Below, one piece after another: positions 51,298 to 64,000 of a DNA stretch of 64,000 nt. Each line of letters opens with the position of its first letter. The stretch's first letter is position 1. A program made the position numbers and the translations under genes. The notes below the pieces were generated by a model, which was given only the letters and a program-made list of their open reading frames with translations, searched no databases and had not been told where the DNA came from. Origin of the DNA: Eledone cirrhosa (taxonomy: Eukaryota); the NCBI GenBank assembly GCA_964016885.1, contig OZ024764.1, positions 23,622,001 to 23,686,000 on the forward strand, in the 5' to 3' direction.

Positions 51298-52279
51298 ATT
51301 ATGTCTATTAATATTGTAGATTTAAGCTCACTTTTCACATCACAAATATATATTTTCTTGTTTGTTTCATTACTGGAAATATAAAATGTTATCGTAATTA
51401 TCTATATTTTACCGACCTCTAATTAATTAAAGTGAAAACTTTTGTTGTTGCTGAAAAATAAATTAACAAAACTAAATATTTAAATATTCTAAAGGTCGTT
51501 TTTATATTATGTGATGATATAATTAATATATTTTATTACAATTGTATAAATTTACAGTAGAATAACGTTGTAAATATGTTTTAAATATATACATAAATAA
51601 CATAAGTGTGTAAATAACATTATAAATTGCTGGCAATTCCTTGAGAAAGACATTACAAATATATTGTCTAAACTGTGTATAATAATATAATTTATTGAAC
51701 AATAATGATAAAGGAAAGAAAAACACAGTGGGAGATGGCAATTGACCACCAAACGAGGTAAACATTTTCAACTTTCCCCTTTTTTTGCTTTGTCCGAGAC
51801 AACTCAAAATATTCTTCAAGGAACTGGATTTTCCATTCGGTTGGATCGAACGGATTTTACCATTTATAATCTACGGAGAGGAATAACAGATGTTCAGAGG
51901 AAAAAAGAATTGTTTGTGGCAACAACGTAGGGAACCAACCTGGAGCAATTGTATCACACAATTATACTTTCCTCCTTAACATACACTTACAATTTTTCAA
52001 AATCAAACCCCCCAAATATGAAATATAAATAATTATAAATGGCGAGGAACCATCCCATCTCCCTCTTGAAATAACCTGAATCTATTTATAGTCAGGTGTG
52101 ACTGAAAGATCAATCCATACTTCCCTTCTATTTCACAGAATTAGAAGCTTTGACCACTTGATAGAATTCAGGTCCAGTAATGTAATCACTCCGTAATTGT
52201 AAACATCTTGTATCACTATCATTCAGGTTTTGATTTTACTTAAGTCTTACCCATGTTTTTTTTTTTTTTTTCTTTTTTA

Positions 52280-53168
52280 CACAAACTCACAATTTCGGTT
52301 TTTACTGCGGATTTACCCATGCGAACTATTACACAAACTCACAGCCTTAGATTTTGTATTTCTAGCGTTTTTATTTTCCTTCTCTTTGCATGTTCAGTGC
52401 TCTTTCTCTCCCACTGTATTTACCTGCCTCTCACAAGACCACACTCCTCTCCACGCACTCATCATCTTCTCACTCCTTCTCCACCTTCCATCCCTCCCCT
52501 TGCGCAACCCTTACTTCCTCCTCGCGCACAGCCCACCTAGGTATTCGTTCAACCCGCCGGTGGCCCGATGTTTCGACCGAACTATCACCGGCGATTGCCG
52601 ATTGCTAAAGTTGCCACCACTTTAACCTAGTCCACTCTAGGTGGCGGTGGCATGCGTCGAACTACCAAGAGACCTGCTTGGTGGAACGACTAATGTGACA
52701 ACCGGTCAGCCTCCGACCTCTCATTCTCCACCAACTGCAGCACGCACCAGAGGAGCTAACTTGACCCCACCTACCCCTCCTCTCCTTCACGGCAGATTCC
52801 GAACGAATCCAACCCGGCCAACCACACCACCCCTACAACTGTTAGCTCACTACCCAACCCCCGCTTTAGTCCCACCGTTAGAACCACTGCTGTCTCCTTT
52901 ACTGACTCACTCCCTTCACCGAATTCCAACGCTGGCCCTCTACTGCCGGCTGTAGCCAGCCCGCCACCTGATTGCGCCCTCTGTGCTCGCACTAACCAGT
53001 ACTTAAAGACAATTAAATGTCACCTATGCCACGCAAGCTACCACAGAAGCTGTGTCGGCATCACCAAAGCTCAAGCCGAAAGGCTTCAACACTGGACCTG
53101 TCATCGGTGCCACTTCAGCTCCGACTATTCCGTGGGGATGACCAACACTCTACCGACGACTTTCCACA
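52280..53168 (+). mobile_element. 5' part of the same CRE-like element, truncated at the minisatellite
   Basis: Near-identical to 31930-32814; intact PHD-finger reading frame at 52973-53110. Confidence 0.85.
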
Positions 53169-53177
53169 ACTCCGACG

Positions 53178-54074
53178 ACTTTTATCAGTCAGTTTAATCT
53201 AATGTCACTAATAACTACTTTTATCTGTCAGTTTAATCTAATGTCACTAATAACTACTTTTATCTGTCAGTTTAATCTAATGTCACTAATAACTACTTTT
53301 ATCTGTCAGTATAATCTACTGCCACTAATAACTACTTTTATCAGTCAGTATAATCTACTGCCACTAATAACTACTTTTATCTGTCAGTATAATCTAATCT
53401 CACTAATAACTACTTTTATCAGTCAGTATAATCTAATCTCACTAATAACTACTTTTATCAGTCAGTATAATCTAATCTCACTAATAACTACTTTTATCAG
53501 TCAGTATAATCTACTGCCACTAATAACTACTTTTATCTGTCAGTATAATCTAATCTCACTAATAACTACTTTTATCAGTCAGTATAATCTAATCTCACTA
53601 ATAACTACTTTTATCAGTCAGTTTAATCTAATGTCACTAATAACTACTTTTATCAGTCAGTATAATCTAATGTCACTAATAACTACTTTTATCAGTCAGT
53701 ATAATCTAATCTCACTAATAACTACTTTTATCAGTCAGTATAATCTAATCTCACTAATAACTACCTTTATCAGTCAGTATAATCTAATCTCACTAATAAC
53801 TACTTTTATCAGTCAGTTTAATCTAATCTCACTAATAACTACTTTATTAGTCAGTTTAATATAATGTCACTAATAACTACTTTTATCAGTCAGTATAATC
53901 TAATGTCACTAATAACTACTTTTATCAGTCAGTATAATCTAATGTCACTAATAACTACTTTTATCAGTCAGTTTAATCTAATGTCACTAATAACTACTTT
54001 TATCTGTCAGTATAATCTACTGCCACTAATAACTACTTTTATCAGTCAGTTTAATCTAATGTCACTAATAACTA
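53178..54074. repeat. 39-bp minisatellite, ~23 copies, in predicted intron 1 of paralog 4
   Basis: Same unit, enriched in AATCTCAC and TACTGCCAC variants. Confidence 0.97.
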
Positions 54075-55035
54075 ACCTATGTTAGTCAGCACATTCTTCA
54101 CCAAAGAAGGCCTTAGTATTTATTACAGTCCATTTATCAATATAGAAATATTATATGAAATTTGTACTGATGTATTACAAGTTTCTGAGTATCTTATAAT
54201 GTTCTTTTATTATTTCAGAATACCAGAGGACATTGGCATTAAAGAGCACGTTACATCAGACATATCCTCAACATTAACCATTTCTAATGAAAGACACTAC
54301 CCATCATTTTCAAATAATTTTGAAAACACTCAACACTTTGAAGGGATTTAATAATATAACTAAATTTCTCAGTATTAAGCTGCTATTTGGAACATAACTT
54401 TGCACAATCTCATGAAGTTACAATGGAAAGTTTTTAGATAAATATAAAGACTGGTATGAAAAGGATAAAACACTTTTATATCAGTTGTTTCATCAACACT
54501 ATTATTTAAAGATTAAAGGAAGCTGTTATACAGAACAGATACAACCTTGTTTATATAAATCTATGGGAGAAATACTGTGAAATATTTCTTGTAAACTCAA
54601 TAACCCTTCTATTCTTTGCTGTCTGGAATATGTAGAAGATACAAAATAAAGCTGAAGAAATTTACACATGATTTTGTAAGATCTTCATATATTGACAAAG
54701 ATGATAGTAGATGGAACTACAGGAGTAGAAATATTTCCATTATTACAGGAATAACTAATCAAATGAAAACTAGAAAAATTAGATTCTTCACTGTCTGGAA
54801 TATGTACAAGATGATTTTATATGTATATTAAACTTGAAGAGATCTACAAAACAGTTTCTATCATCTTTAAATATAAAGAAAGACCAAGTTGATGGAAATA
54901 TATCTGGAGGAATATGTTTTAGGAATAATATTATAAACATAAAGAAGAAAAATATCCATATATTGCGAGGAGAAAAATATTAAAACTGTGAATTATGTGA
55001 GAAACTGAGGTGATTGATATCTTTTAGTAGGAGTT

Positions 55036-56322
55036 ATGTCGAAAAATATAGTAAAATCACCATTCCACTGTGATATCTGTGGTAAATCATTCTCTCGTAG
55101 TAATACCTTAGCTACCCACAAACGTAGTCATACAGGAGAGAAGCCATATCCCTGTGACATCTGTGGTAAATCATTCAGTCACCGTAGTAACTTAACTACT
55201 CACAAACGTATTCATACAGGAGAGAAGCCTTATAAGTGTGATATCTGTAACAAATCATTCAGTCACAGTAGTAGCGTCAGAGTTCACAAACAAATTCATA
55301 CAGGAGAGAAGACACATCACTGTGATATCTGTAGTAAATCATTCTCTTGCAGATATAGCCTAACTACTCACAAACATATTCATACAGGAGAGAAACCATA
55401 TCACTGTGACATCTGTGGTAATTCATTCTCTCAGAGTAATAACCTAACTACTCACAAACATATTCATACAGGAGAGAAACCATATCACTGTGACATCTGT
55501 GGTAAATCATTCTCTCATAGTCATCACCTAACTACTCACAAACATATTCATACAGGAGAGAAACCATATCACTGTGACATCTGTGGTAAATCATTCTCTC
55601 AGAGTCAGCACCTAACTACTCACAAACGTATTCATACAGGAGAGAAACCATATCATTGTGACATCTGTGGTAAATCATTCTCTCATAGTAATCACCTAAC
55701 TACTCACAAACATATTCATACAGGAGAGAAACCATATCACTGTGACATCTGTGGTAAATCATTCTCTCAGAGTCAGCACCTAACTACTCACAAACGTATT
55801 CATACAGGAGAGAAACCATATCATTGTGACATCTGTGGTAAATCATTCTCTCATAGTAATCACCTAACTACTCACAAACATATTCATACAGGAGAGAAAC
55901 CATATCATTGTGACATCTGTGGTAAATCATTCTCTCATAGTAATCACCTAACTACTCACAAACGTATTCATACAGGAGAGAAACCATATCACTGTGACAT
56001 CTGTCGTAAATCATTCTCTCAGAGTATTCACCTAACTACCCACAAACGTACTCATACAGGAGAGAAGCCATATCACTGTGACATCTGTGGTAAATCATTC
56101 TCTCATAGTCAATACCTAACTACTCACAAACGTATTCATACAGGAGAGAAGCCATATCCCTGTGACATCTGTGGTAAATCATTCTCTCATAGTCAATACC
56201 TAACTACCCACAAACGTACTCATACAGGAGAGAAGCCATATCCCTGTGACATCTGTGGTAAATCATTCAGTCACCGTAGTAACTTAACTACCCACAAACG
56301 TACTCATACAGGAGTACTCTGA
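55036..56322 (+). CDS. C2H2 zinc-finger protein, 15 fingers; terminal 16th finger lost by frameshift (paralog 4)
   Basis: 428-aa ORF. The out-of-frame remnant SDSSTLTKHVCIHTEV* follows at ~56318-56368. Confidence 0.92.
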   Translation: MSKNIVKSPFHCDICGKSFSRSNTLATHKRSHTGEKPYPCDICGKSFSHRSNLTTHKRIHTGEKPYKCDICNKSFSHSSSVRVHKQIHTGEKTHHCDICSKSFSCRYSLTTHKHIHTGEKPYHCDICGNSFSQSNNLTTHKHIHTGEKPYHCDICGKSFSHSHHLTTHKHIHTGEKPYHCDICGKSFSQSQHLTTHKRIHTGEKPYHCDICGKSFSHSNHLTTHKHIHTGEKPYHCDICGKSFSQSQHLTTHKRIHTGEKPYHCDICGKSFSHSNHLTTHKHIHTGEKPYHCDICGKSFSHSNHLTTHKRIHTGEKPYHCDICRKSFSQSIHLTTHKRTHTGEKPYHCDICGKSFSHSQYLTTHKRIHTGEKPYPCDICGKSFSHSQYLTTHKRTHTGEKPYPCDICGKSFSHRSNLTTHKRTHTGVL

Positions 56323-56845
56323 CAGTAGTACCTTAACCAAGCATGTGTGTATTCATACAGAAGTTTAGCTGTATCAATATCAAACTCATTACATCATACT
56401 ACCACAACAACAACAATTGTGTAGATCCATCATCCTTGCTAAAACTGGGGATAACCTTGTAGGTTTTACCTATGACAGGGATCATAAACACCAGGTTTCC
56501 ATTTTTGAAGCAGTGTTTGAAGATTTTGTGTAAATTAAAGTTTTTCACATTAAACTTTGATTTATTATACTTTAACAGGTAAGATATATATTTGTATTTT
56601 TAGTAAAGGTTTGGGCATTATGTAATTTAAACCTGCCAATAAAATGAAAATTGTTGTTGCTAGTCAGACATTGATATTAATTCTATTGTCCTGTACATTG
56701 TCTCAAATATCACAGATTAAACAGATTTTAACAATAACAACAGAAATCAATAATTTGTAAGCCCAATATCTAGCTTCCATTTTAACTATTTGATATTGTT
56801 GTTCTCCTCCTGTCTCTTCAGGTGTTTTAGATTTCAACTTCTATC

Positions 56846-56944
56846 ATCATCATCATCATCATCACCGTTTTACGTCCGTTCTTCCACGCTAGCATTGGCC
56901 AGAGGTCACGGTTGTAATACAGAGGTGTAATTGGGTACGGTCGG
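56846..56944 (-). mobile_element. 99-bp RTE-derived insertion
   Basis: (CAT)n tail; TSD CTTCTATC at 56838 and 56945; empty site in the other units. Confidence 0.8.
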
Positions 56945-57344
56945 CTTCTATCTACTGTACTATTCCATCACCAAGGCAACATTCATCTGGCTGACAGCTT
57001 ACATCAGCTACAGATCTCATCAGTGGTTCACAACAGGCTGTCTGAAAGAAACTTCCAGATATCTTCTATGTCATAGCTATCAATCTCCTCCTCCTTATCA
57101 TATGTATCATGTAGAACATCTCTGAATTTATATTTAAGAGGGAGATCTTTTACTGTCCCTACCCTTTTGTTAGATTGTCTTGTACCTCTCTCACAGTCCC
57201 TCTAGATCTTATATTTAACAGGGAGATCTTTTACTGTCCTTACCCCTTTTGTTAGATTGTCTTGTACCTCTCTCACAGTCCCTCTAGATCTTATATTTAA
57301 CAGGGAGATCTTTTACTATCCCTACGCTTTATTTAGGTTGTCTT

Positions 57345-58512
57345 ACATGTGGCCGGTGCTCTGGTGCAATAAGTAGCAGCAAGTGCCCACGAAATACTAG
57401 CTCTTTCAACTGCGCAGAGGGCTCTATAGAAATAGTGGACAGCTTCCGTTACCTGGGTGACAAAATCAGCAGTGGGGGAGGGTGCTCCGAAAGTACAGTA
57501 GCTAGAGTCAGAACTGGATGGAAAAAGTTCAGAGAGCTTATACCACTATTAGCCGCTAAAGGGTTCTCCCTAAAAATGAAAGGCAGGTTGTATGATGCCT
57601 GCATACGAACAGCAATGTTGCATGGCAGTGAGACCTGGGCATTGTGTGCAGAGGATATACGCAGACTAGAGAGGAATGAAGCTTGCATGCTCCGCTGGAT
57701 GTGTAATAGTAATATACGCGAACGGCAAAGCATAAACGAACTAAGGAAAAAATTAGAAATAAGAGGGATCAGATGTTGTTTACTCGAGAGAAGGCTACGT
57801 TGGTATGGTCACGTGATGCGCATGAAAGACAACAGCTGTATAGCAAAGTGCAGGGCAATAAAGATAGACGGTAGGCACGGAGTAGGCAGACCCAGAAAAA
57901 CCTGGGACGAGCTGATAAATTCCGACCTCACACACTTACACCTCTCCAAGACAATGTCACTGGACTGAGAGCTTTGGCGGTACTCAGTAATAGAGAAGAC
58001 CCGTCTTACCTAAATACAAAGTAAAACCTACTACAGTCAGTAGGCATCTCTAACAAAATACAACCCCGTCCCACCACCCCCACCCCATCCACACCGCCCC
58101 TTTCAATGTAAAGTTATGTTGGTGTCACAACATCCAGGCCGAAACGAATGAGATCGTGTAGGTCTCACGACAAAAAAAAACACAGTCCACGCTGTAATAT
58201 GACCGTGTAGGCAACACGGTAAAAACCTCCCAGTCCCACACTGTAAATGTGGTTGGTGTTAGGAAGAGCATCCAGCTGTAGAAAACCAGCCAGACAGTCC
58301 ACGCTGTAATGTGGCCATGTAGGCAACACGGTAAAAACCTCCTAGCCCCACACTGTAAATGTGGTTGGTGTTAGGAAGGGCATCCAACTGTAGAAAACCC
58401 GCCAGACAGTCCTATGCGAGCAAGACAACCACTCTTGCCTCAAGTGGGAAAACTCCCGTCCAAACCCATGCAAGCATGGAACATGGACGTTAAACGATGA
58501 TGATGATGATGA
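57345..58512 (+). mobile_element. 5'-truncated RTE LINE inserted in the 82-bp repeat
   Basis: ORF 57435-57968 (GSETW, RRLRWYGHVMRM); (GAT)n tail; TSD TGTCTT. Confidence 0.92.
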
Positions 58513-60539
58513 TGTCTTGTACCTCTCTCACAGTCCTCTAGATCTTATATTTAACAGGGTGATATTTTACTATCTCTACCCTTTTCTCTAGGTTGTCTTG
58601 AGCCTCTCTCACAGTCCCTGTAGATTTTATATTAAACAGGGAGATGTTTTACTGTCCCTACCCTTTTCTCTAGGTTGTCTTGTACATCTCACAGTCCCTG
58701 TAGATCTTATATTTAACAGGGAGATCTTTTACTCTCCAACCCTTCTATCTCCAGATAGTCTTGTATCTGTCAGTCCCTCTAGATCTTACACCTAGTATCT
58801 AGTCTATGTTGAGTGGTACGTCCTTCTCCAGTAAAGGAGTTAATATTCCCAACCATCTGTCTATCCTGTTTTCTGATGAGAATGAAGTCAATCTAGTTTA
58901 TCTCTTCACCTGATTGAAGTAACTAGATGGTTTCCTGTAAGTTAGTGTTGCAGTGTTTGTGTCACCATGTAAGGTTTATATCTATTAATATAGAGATGTA
59001 GTAAAGTTTTCACTGTTGTATCTCTACTTTCTAAATATCTTAATAATGTTTCTCTACTATTTCAGAATATCACATGACCTTGACAGAAAAGAGTCTTTTA
59101 AAGACAACAGAAAGATGTTACATACAAGTGATATAAACTTGTTTAGTCTGTGGTGAATTATGGTGAAATATTTCTTCTGAATTGAGATAAATAACAACAT
59201 TTTCCTTTTTCACTGTCTGGAATATTTACAAGATGATTTTACATTCTGATTGAACTTTGGATATTTACAAAGGCGTTTTCAAAATATTTGGATATTGACA
59301 AAGATCACATTTGATAAAATTATGAACAATAGAAATATTTACATCAACATAGGAATATTTTCCAGAAGAGATGGGAAAATCATTATACCACTGTAATATT
59401 TGTGGTAAAGTATTCTCTCTTCTTTATATGTAGAACATCTAACTATACACTTTAATTAACAAACTATTGTGCTATAGAATTGACAAACTTGAGGAATGTT
59501 TAATAAATGTTACAGATTTCTCCAAACTGTCGTTTACTAACTTTAATTTGAAACTATATTATCTATATACTACTACTAAAATTCTGTGATTGTGTCTTGT
59601 CTGTAATTTAATACAGCTAAAACAGTGCATAATGGGGAAATACTTTGAAAAGAATAAAACAATTTTTGTATAAATTGGGGCACAGGTTCCCAAGATACGG
59701 GGTTTTCTGGGTACCTTCATAAATATAGGGAGAGAAAGAGATAGTGGTTGTGAGAGTGTGGATTGAAAAGGAGAGATAGAAGGAGATGGAAGGAAAGGGG
59801 AAGAGAGAGACAGAGACCTGGTGGTGATGTTTAATAAAATGTGTGTGTATATATATATATGTGTGTCTATATATATATATGTCTATATTTTAACTATTTG
59901 AAAATTATTTTTAAGTGAACATGATTTTAGAAAAAATAGTTTTAAGGGAACGTGACCCAACAGGTCCCGGGTGGTCTAGTTTGTTACTAAATACTAGATA
60001 TTAGAGGGTCATGTTGTTCTAGATGTGCTGGAAGAGCCATTCCATCTCGTGAGGCTCACACCAGCAGCTAGCCACCTCAGCACCTATGGTGGTATATTTA
60101 TTATATTATTTAATTTGCTGTTGATCTCAGTTACCACTTTCACCATTATCCAATCCCTTAGCTGTCACCATGTTTTATCAAATGTTCAACCATACTGTTG
60201 TCACCAATCTAGTAAATATTCAATCTCTCAGCTGTCACCTAATTTTAAATGTTCCACCATCCTGTTGTCACCTATCTGTAGTAGATATTCCATCTATCAT
60301 CTGCCACTAGTTTCTTGTAAGTACTGAAGTGAGGCTACTGATCTCCCAGACAGACCAAGGATCTGAGACTTATTTACATAAGGTCTCATTAGCTACTGAG
60401 TGCACAGAAAAGCTTGTCATGTCTTTGTCATGATTGAAGAGTTCTCCGACACTATTGTCGGGCAAGCTTTCTATGGCCAGATGTCCTTCACATGACCAAC
60501 CACATTACAGCCTGTGTTGGGTGTGTTTATCATGTAGGT

Positions 60540-62868
60540 GAGGCATAAGAAATTGAGGGTTGCCCAAGGTCCACATAGGTACAACTAATTATGTACACGA
60601 CAACTAATTATTCATTTAATAAAATATATTGCAGAAAGATTTGTTACTTAAATTTAGAAACATACAATGTACATACAAATGTTTTAGCAGCATTCATGAA
60701 TACAAAGTTATGAAGTAGTTTGACAAAAAACTAAAATTTCACATGTCAACATATACTTGCAGATTGTAACAGCAACAAATACATTGTACACAAATAACAA
60801 CAGTTGAAAACTGAAGATTTATTTGCTACTATTCAACCATTTTTAGTGTTTTGTCCTGAGGCTTGACACTTCTTTCTGTTGACAATGTTTGGTATGTCTG
60901 GCTGAAATGTCTGTACAGTTCCAACTTTAATCAGATGACAAGTGTTGATCAGTCAGCCTTGTTGTCTGAGAAGTTTTTGTTAATTTCATGAAGGAAAATA
61001 ACTGTCCACTCACATAGGCAGAACCAAACATTGCCATAATCTTTGTGACAAACTTTCTGATGTTAATAAACTTTTCAGGAAGGTATGAAAAGAAACCAGG
61101 TATCCCCACTACAAGATACTTTGTTCTGAGTGTAGAATCTGACTGCATTTCCAATAGTTCCATCTGCAGGCATTCTTCTGCCTTCATCAAAGGTGAATGG
61201 TGCTGAGAATAATGTAAACTGATGTTCAAAAAATGAGAAATCACAAAATCTTTCTTGAAATTTCTTTAACAACAATTCCAGGTGACTGTCATACTTAGCT
61301 AGGCTAAATACAGACTCAGTATTGGCAGTGTTTTTCAGCTCTTTGCACATAGGGAAATGAACTAAATTTTCAGCTGACAACGGAGATTTCCATAAGCTTA
61401 GTTTTCTAATGAAGCACTTGATGTCATCATTCAACTGATTGATGGGTTTGTTTTAACCTTGTACTTTCAAATTAAGATCAGTTAATTGTGCAGTAATATC
61501 CACAGCAAAAATCAGGTGTTGGAGCCAACCTTCATCTTTTATTTCATCTGTGTTTTGACCTTTCACCTCCAAAAACATAATTATTTCAACAAATAGAATC
61601 TTTTCAGCACTTTGTGACATGTCAACCAGCAGACTTCTGTGTAGAATGGAACATCGGTGAACTGATTATCCATATCTTCCAACAACTGGCTGAACTGACG
61701 GTGTTTGAGAGCACGGCCTCTGATTTAGTTCACTGTCTTTGTGACCAACCTAAGCACATGATGCAATTTTAAAATCTTTGAACATAAATTTTGCTGATGA
61801 ATAATACAGTGAAAATGTGCAAATGATGAATCTAGATATGAGTTTTCTATTTTTGTTTGTAACTTGGCAGCAACACCATTATGTCTACCAACCATATTTG
61901 CAGCACTGTCAGTAGATAAACATGCAAGTTTACTCAGATCAAAACCATGCAGACCCTGCTTGACCTTCTCAAAGATGTTCTGGCTTGTTATAGTGTCATG
62001 CTTGGGGACCAGTTCAATCAGTTCTTCATAAATATTAAATTCACAGTCACAGGCCCTGATGAAGAATGCAAGCTGTACTATTCCAGTGATGTCAACAGTC
62101 TCTTCAATAGCAATAGAAACATGTTCAAACCTTGATGATACAGCCTTTAACTGTTGTTTCAGATCACCTGACATTTCATTAATCTGTTCAGCAACAGTGT
62201 TCCTTGTTAATGTCTTTGAATAACTCTGCTTTCTCTGGACAATTTCAGCTGTTTTTACAAGACATTACTTTACAAAATCTCCTTCACTGTAAGATTTCCC
62301 ACTCATGGCAATCATTCGACTGAGTTCATAGCTTGCAGTAACAGAAGTGACATTCTCTTCCTGAATTAACATAAAACAGGTCTGTTGCTGTGTCAAGTTA
62401 GACTTCAATTCCTTGAGTCTTGAAACACACATTGGGCCTTCATATTTATCGTAAGATTGATGGTTTGTTTCATAATGTGTTTTTAAATTGTACTCTTTTG
62501 GCGTGGAGATGTAGTTGTTGCAAATTAAACAGTGTATCTTTCTGTTCACCATTGGGCAAAAATACTGTAATTCCCACTTTTCTTGAAACACTTGCCCTTC
62601 TTCGTTCAATTTCCTTTTTCTCTTAGCTGGAGGAGCACTAACCATTTCAAAAACAAAATCTTTTGAAATTTTGAAAGAAAGTTTTCTGTTAATGAGCTGC
62701 ACGTGATTAATGGAAGTTAAAAGTCGTTGACAAAATTTGCCCCCAAAAAATAATTGTATCGAAAATGTTTTAAATTTTATATTACGAAAATGAAACATGC
62801 TCGCACTGTAAAAACCTTTGTGTGGGCCGCAGGTTTGCTTGCCAAGGGCCGCATGTTTGACATGTCTG
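60540..62868 (-). mobile_element. hAT Buster-type fossil, most complete copy
   Basis: TSD ATGTAGGT at 60532 and 62869. Retains the C-terminal region (MFGSAYVSGQLFSFMK) that the other two copies lack. Confidence 0.9.
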
Positions 62869-64000
62869 ATGTAGGTTACCAACACTAGGCAGGGCAGCAT
62901 GTCCATCAGTGTCTTCTGCTACATTAACTACCAGGAGGTCACCACATGAGACAAAGACCAAAGACTACATTTCAAAGAAGGGTCATAAAAGAACTAAATA
63001 CAAAAGTCCTCGCAGCAAAAAACAAATAATTGAGCTTTGGGTCTAGGTCAAGGGGGCAGAAGTGCTGTACCCTGTGGATAAGACTGCAAAAGTATTCGCC
63101 CCGGACAGTGACACCCACTGCAATAGCCACCCCAACCCCATGGGACTCCCTCTTCAGAAGGGCCACCAATGTTCTGATCTTACAGAGGAGCTCGCCCGTA
63201 CAGGGTCCAAGTACTTCTGAGGTCTCGATGGTGACCAGTGTGAAGAGACCTACAATTGATGTCATCCCAGTTATGTTGGACTGTAATATACTGGGGTATA
63301 GAGAGGCCTTAATCTGTCTCAGCCGGGCCACCCAGGGTTGTGTCATCTAGGTACTAGACAGGGGTGACTAGACCATGTTGTCAACTGTCAACACCAATAG
63401 GAGTGAGGCGAGTGGGTCCCCTTGCGAGACACCATATATAAAACGTATTTGCTAATTACTTTAATGAATAATTTGTTTCATACGTAATTATTACTTTTAA
63501 CACAATAGGATTTTGTACACGTGTTTGTTTGAAAACATCTTTCAAAGAAGTATGAGACAGTCTTTTGTAGTGTTTATTATAATAAATTACTGTATGTTGA
63601 GCTGTTTTAACTTCTCCACCTTCTATTATTTTATATTGTTTTTGTAAAAAAACGAGATCTTTTTCATATATATATATGAAGGCGTGTGGCTTAGTGGTTA
63701 GAGAATTGGATTCGGAATTATGAGATTGTGAGTTCGATTCTCAGACTGGGCGATGCGTTATGTCCTTGAGCAAGACATTTTATTTCACGTTGCTCCTTCT
63801 AGCTGGAGTTGCGACCGATATATAGTATTAGCAATTGGAAAGACCAATGGAAACATTGTTTCCTCGGTCCGATTTGACGAAAAGTCGATCATAAAAAATA
63901 TATATAGAGAGAGAGAGAAACACACAAACATACACTACTGTATTACATATGTCAGGGGAGATAACTCTCGTTACATCCCCCCTTCTTTTTGATATACGTC

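Overview
Eukaryotic, AT-rich, repeat-dense DNA. It is most likely from a coleoid cephalopod/octopus (inferred from the effector-less C2H2 arrays and the SINE/RTE repertoire, not verified). The window is a head-to-tail cluster of four paralogous C2H2 zinc-finger genes on the + strand (ATGs at 394, 18923, 41586 and 55036; 21, 8, 18 and 15 fingers), and the start of a fifth unit runs off the right edge. Each 13-23 kb unit follows one predicted plan: compact promoter plus short non-coding exon 1, a TE-filled intron ending in a 39-bp minisatellite, one exon holding the leader and the whole ZF array, then a predicted 3'UTR intron with an ~82-bp repeat, and a decayed older copy of the ZF exon. After that come a non-autonomous Helitron, usually a Buster-type hAT fossil, and a SINE. 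Unit-specific insertions include RTE LINEs, a Tigger, a mariner, a CRE-like retrotransposon carrying a PHD finger, and palindromic MITEs. Most notable: the minisatellite appears to derive from LINE endonuclease coding sequence and varies from ~2.5 to ~112 copies; a relic ZF exon follows every gene; promoters are altered differently in each paralog; and the paralogs are mosaics of one another. Splice and promoter calls are predictions from motifs and paralog conservation only.
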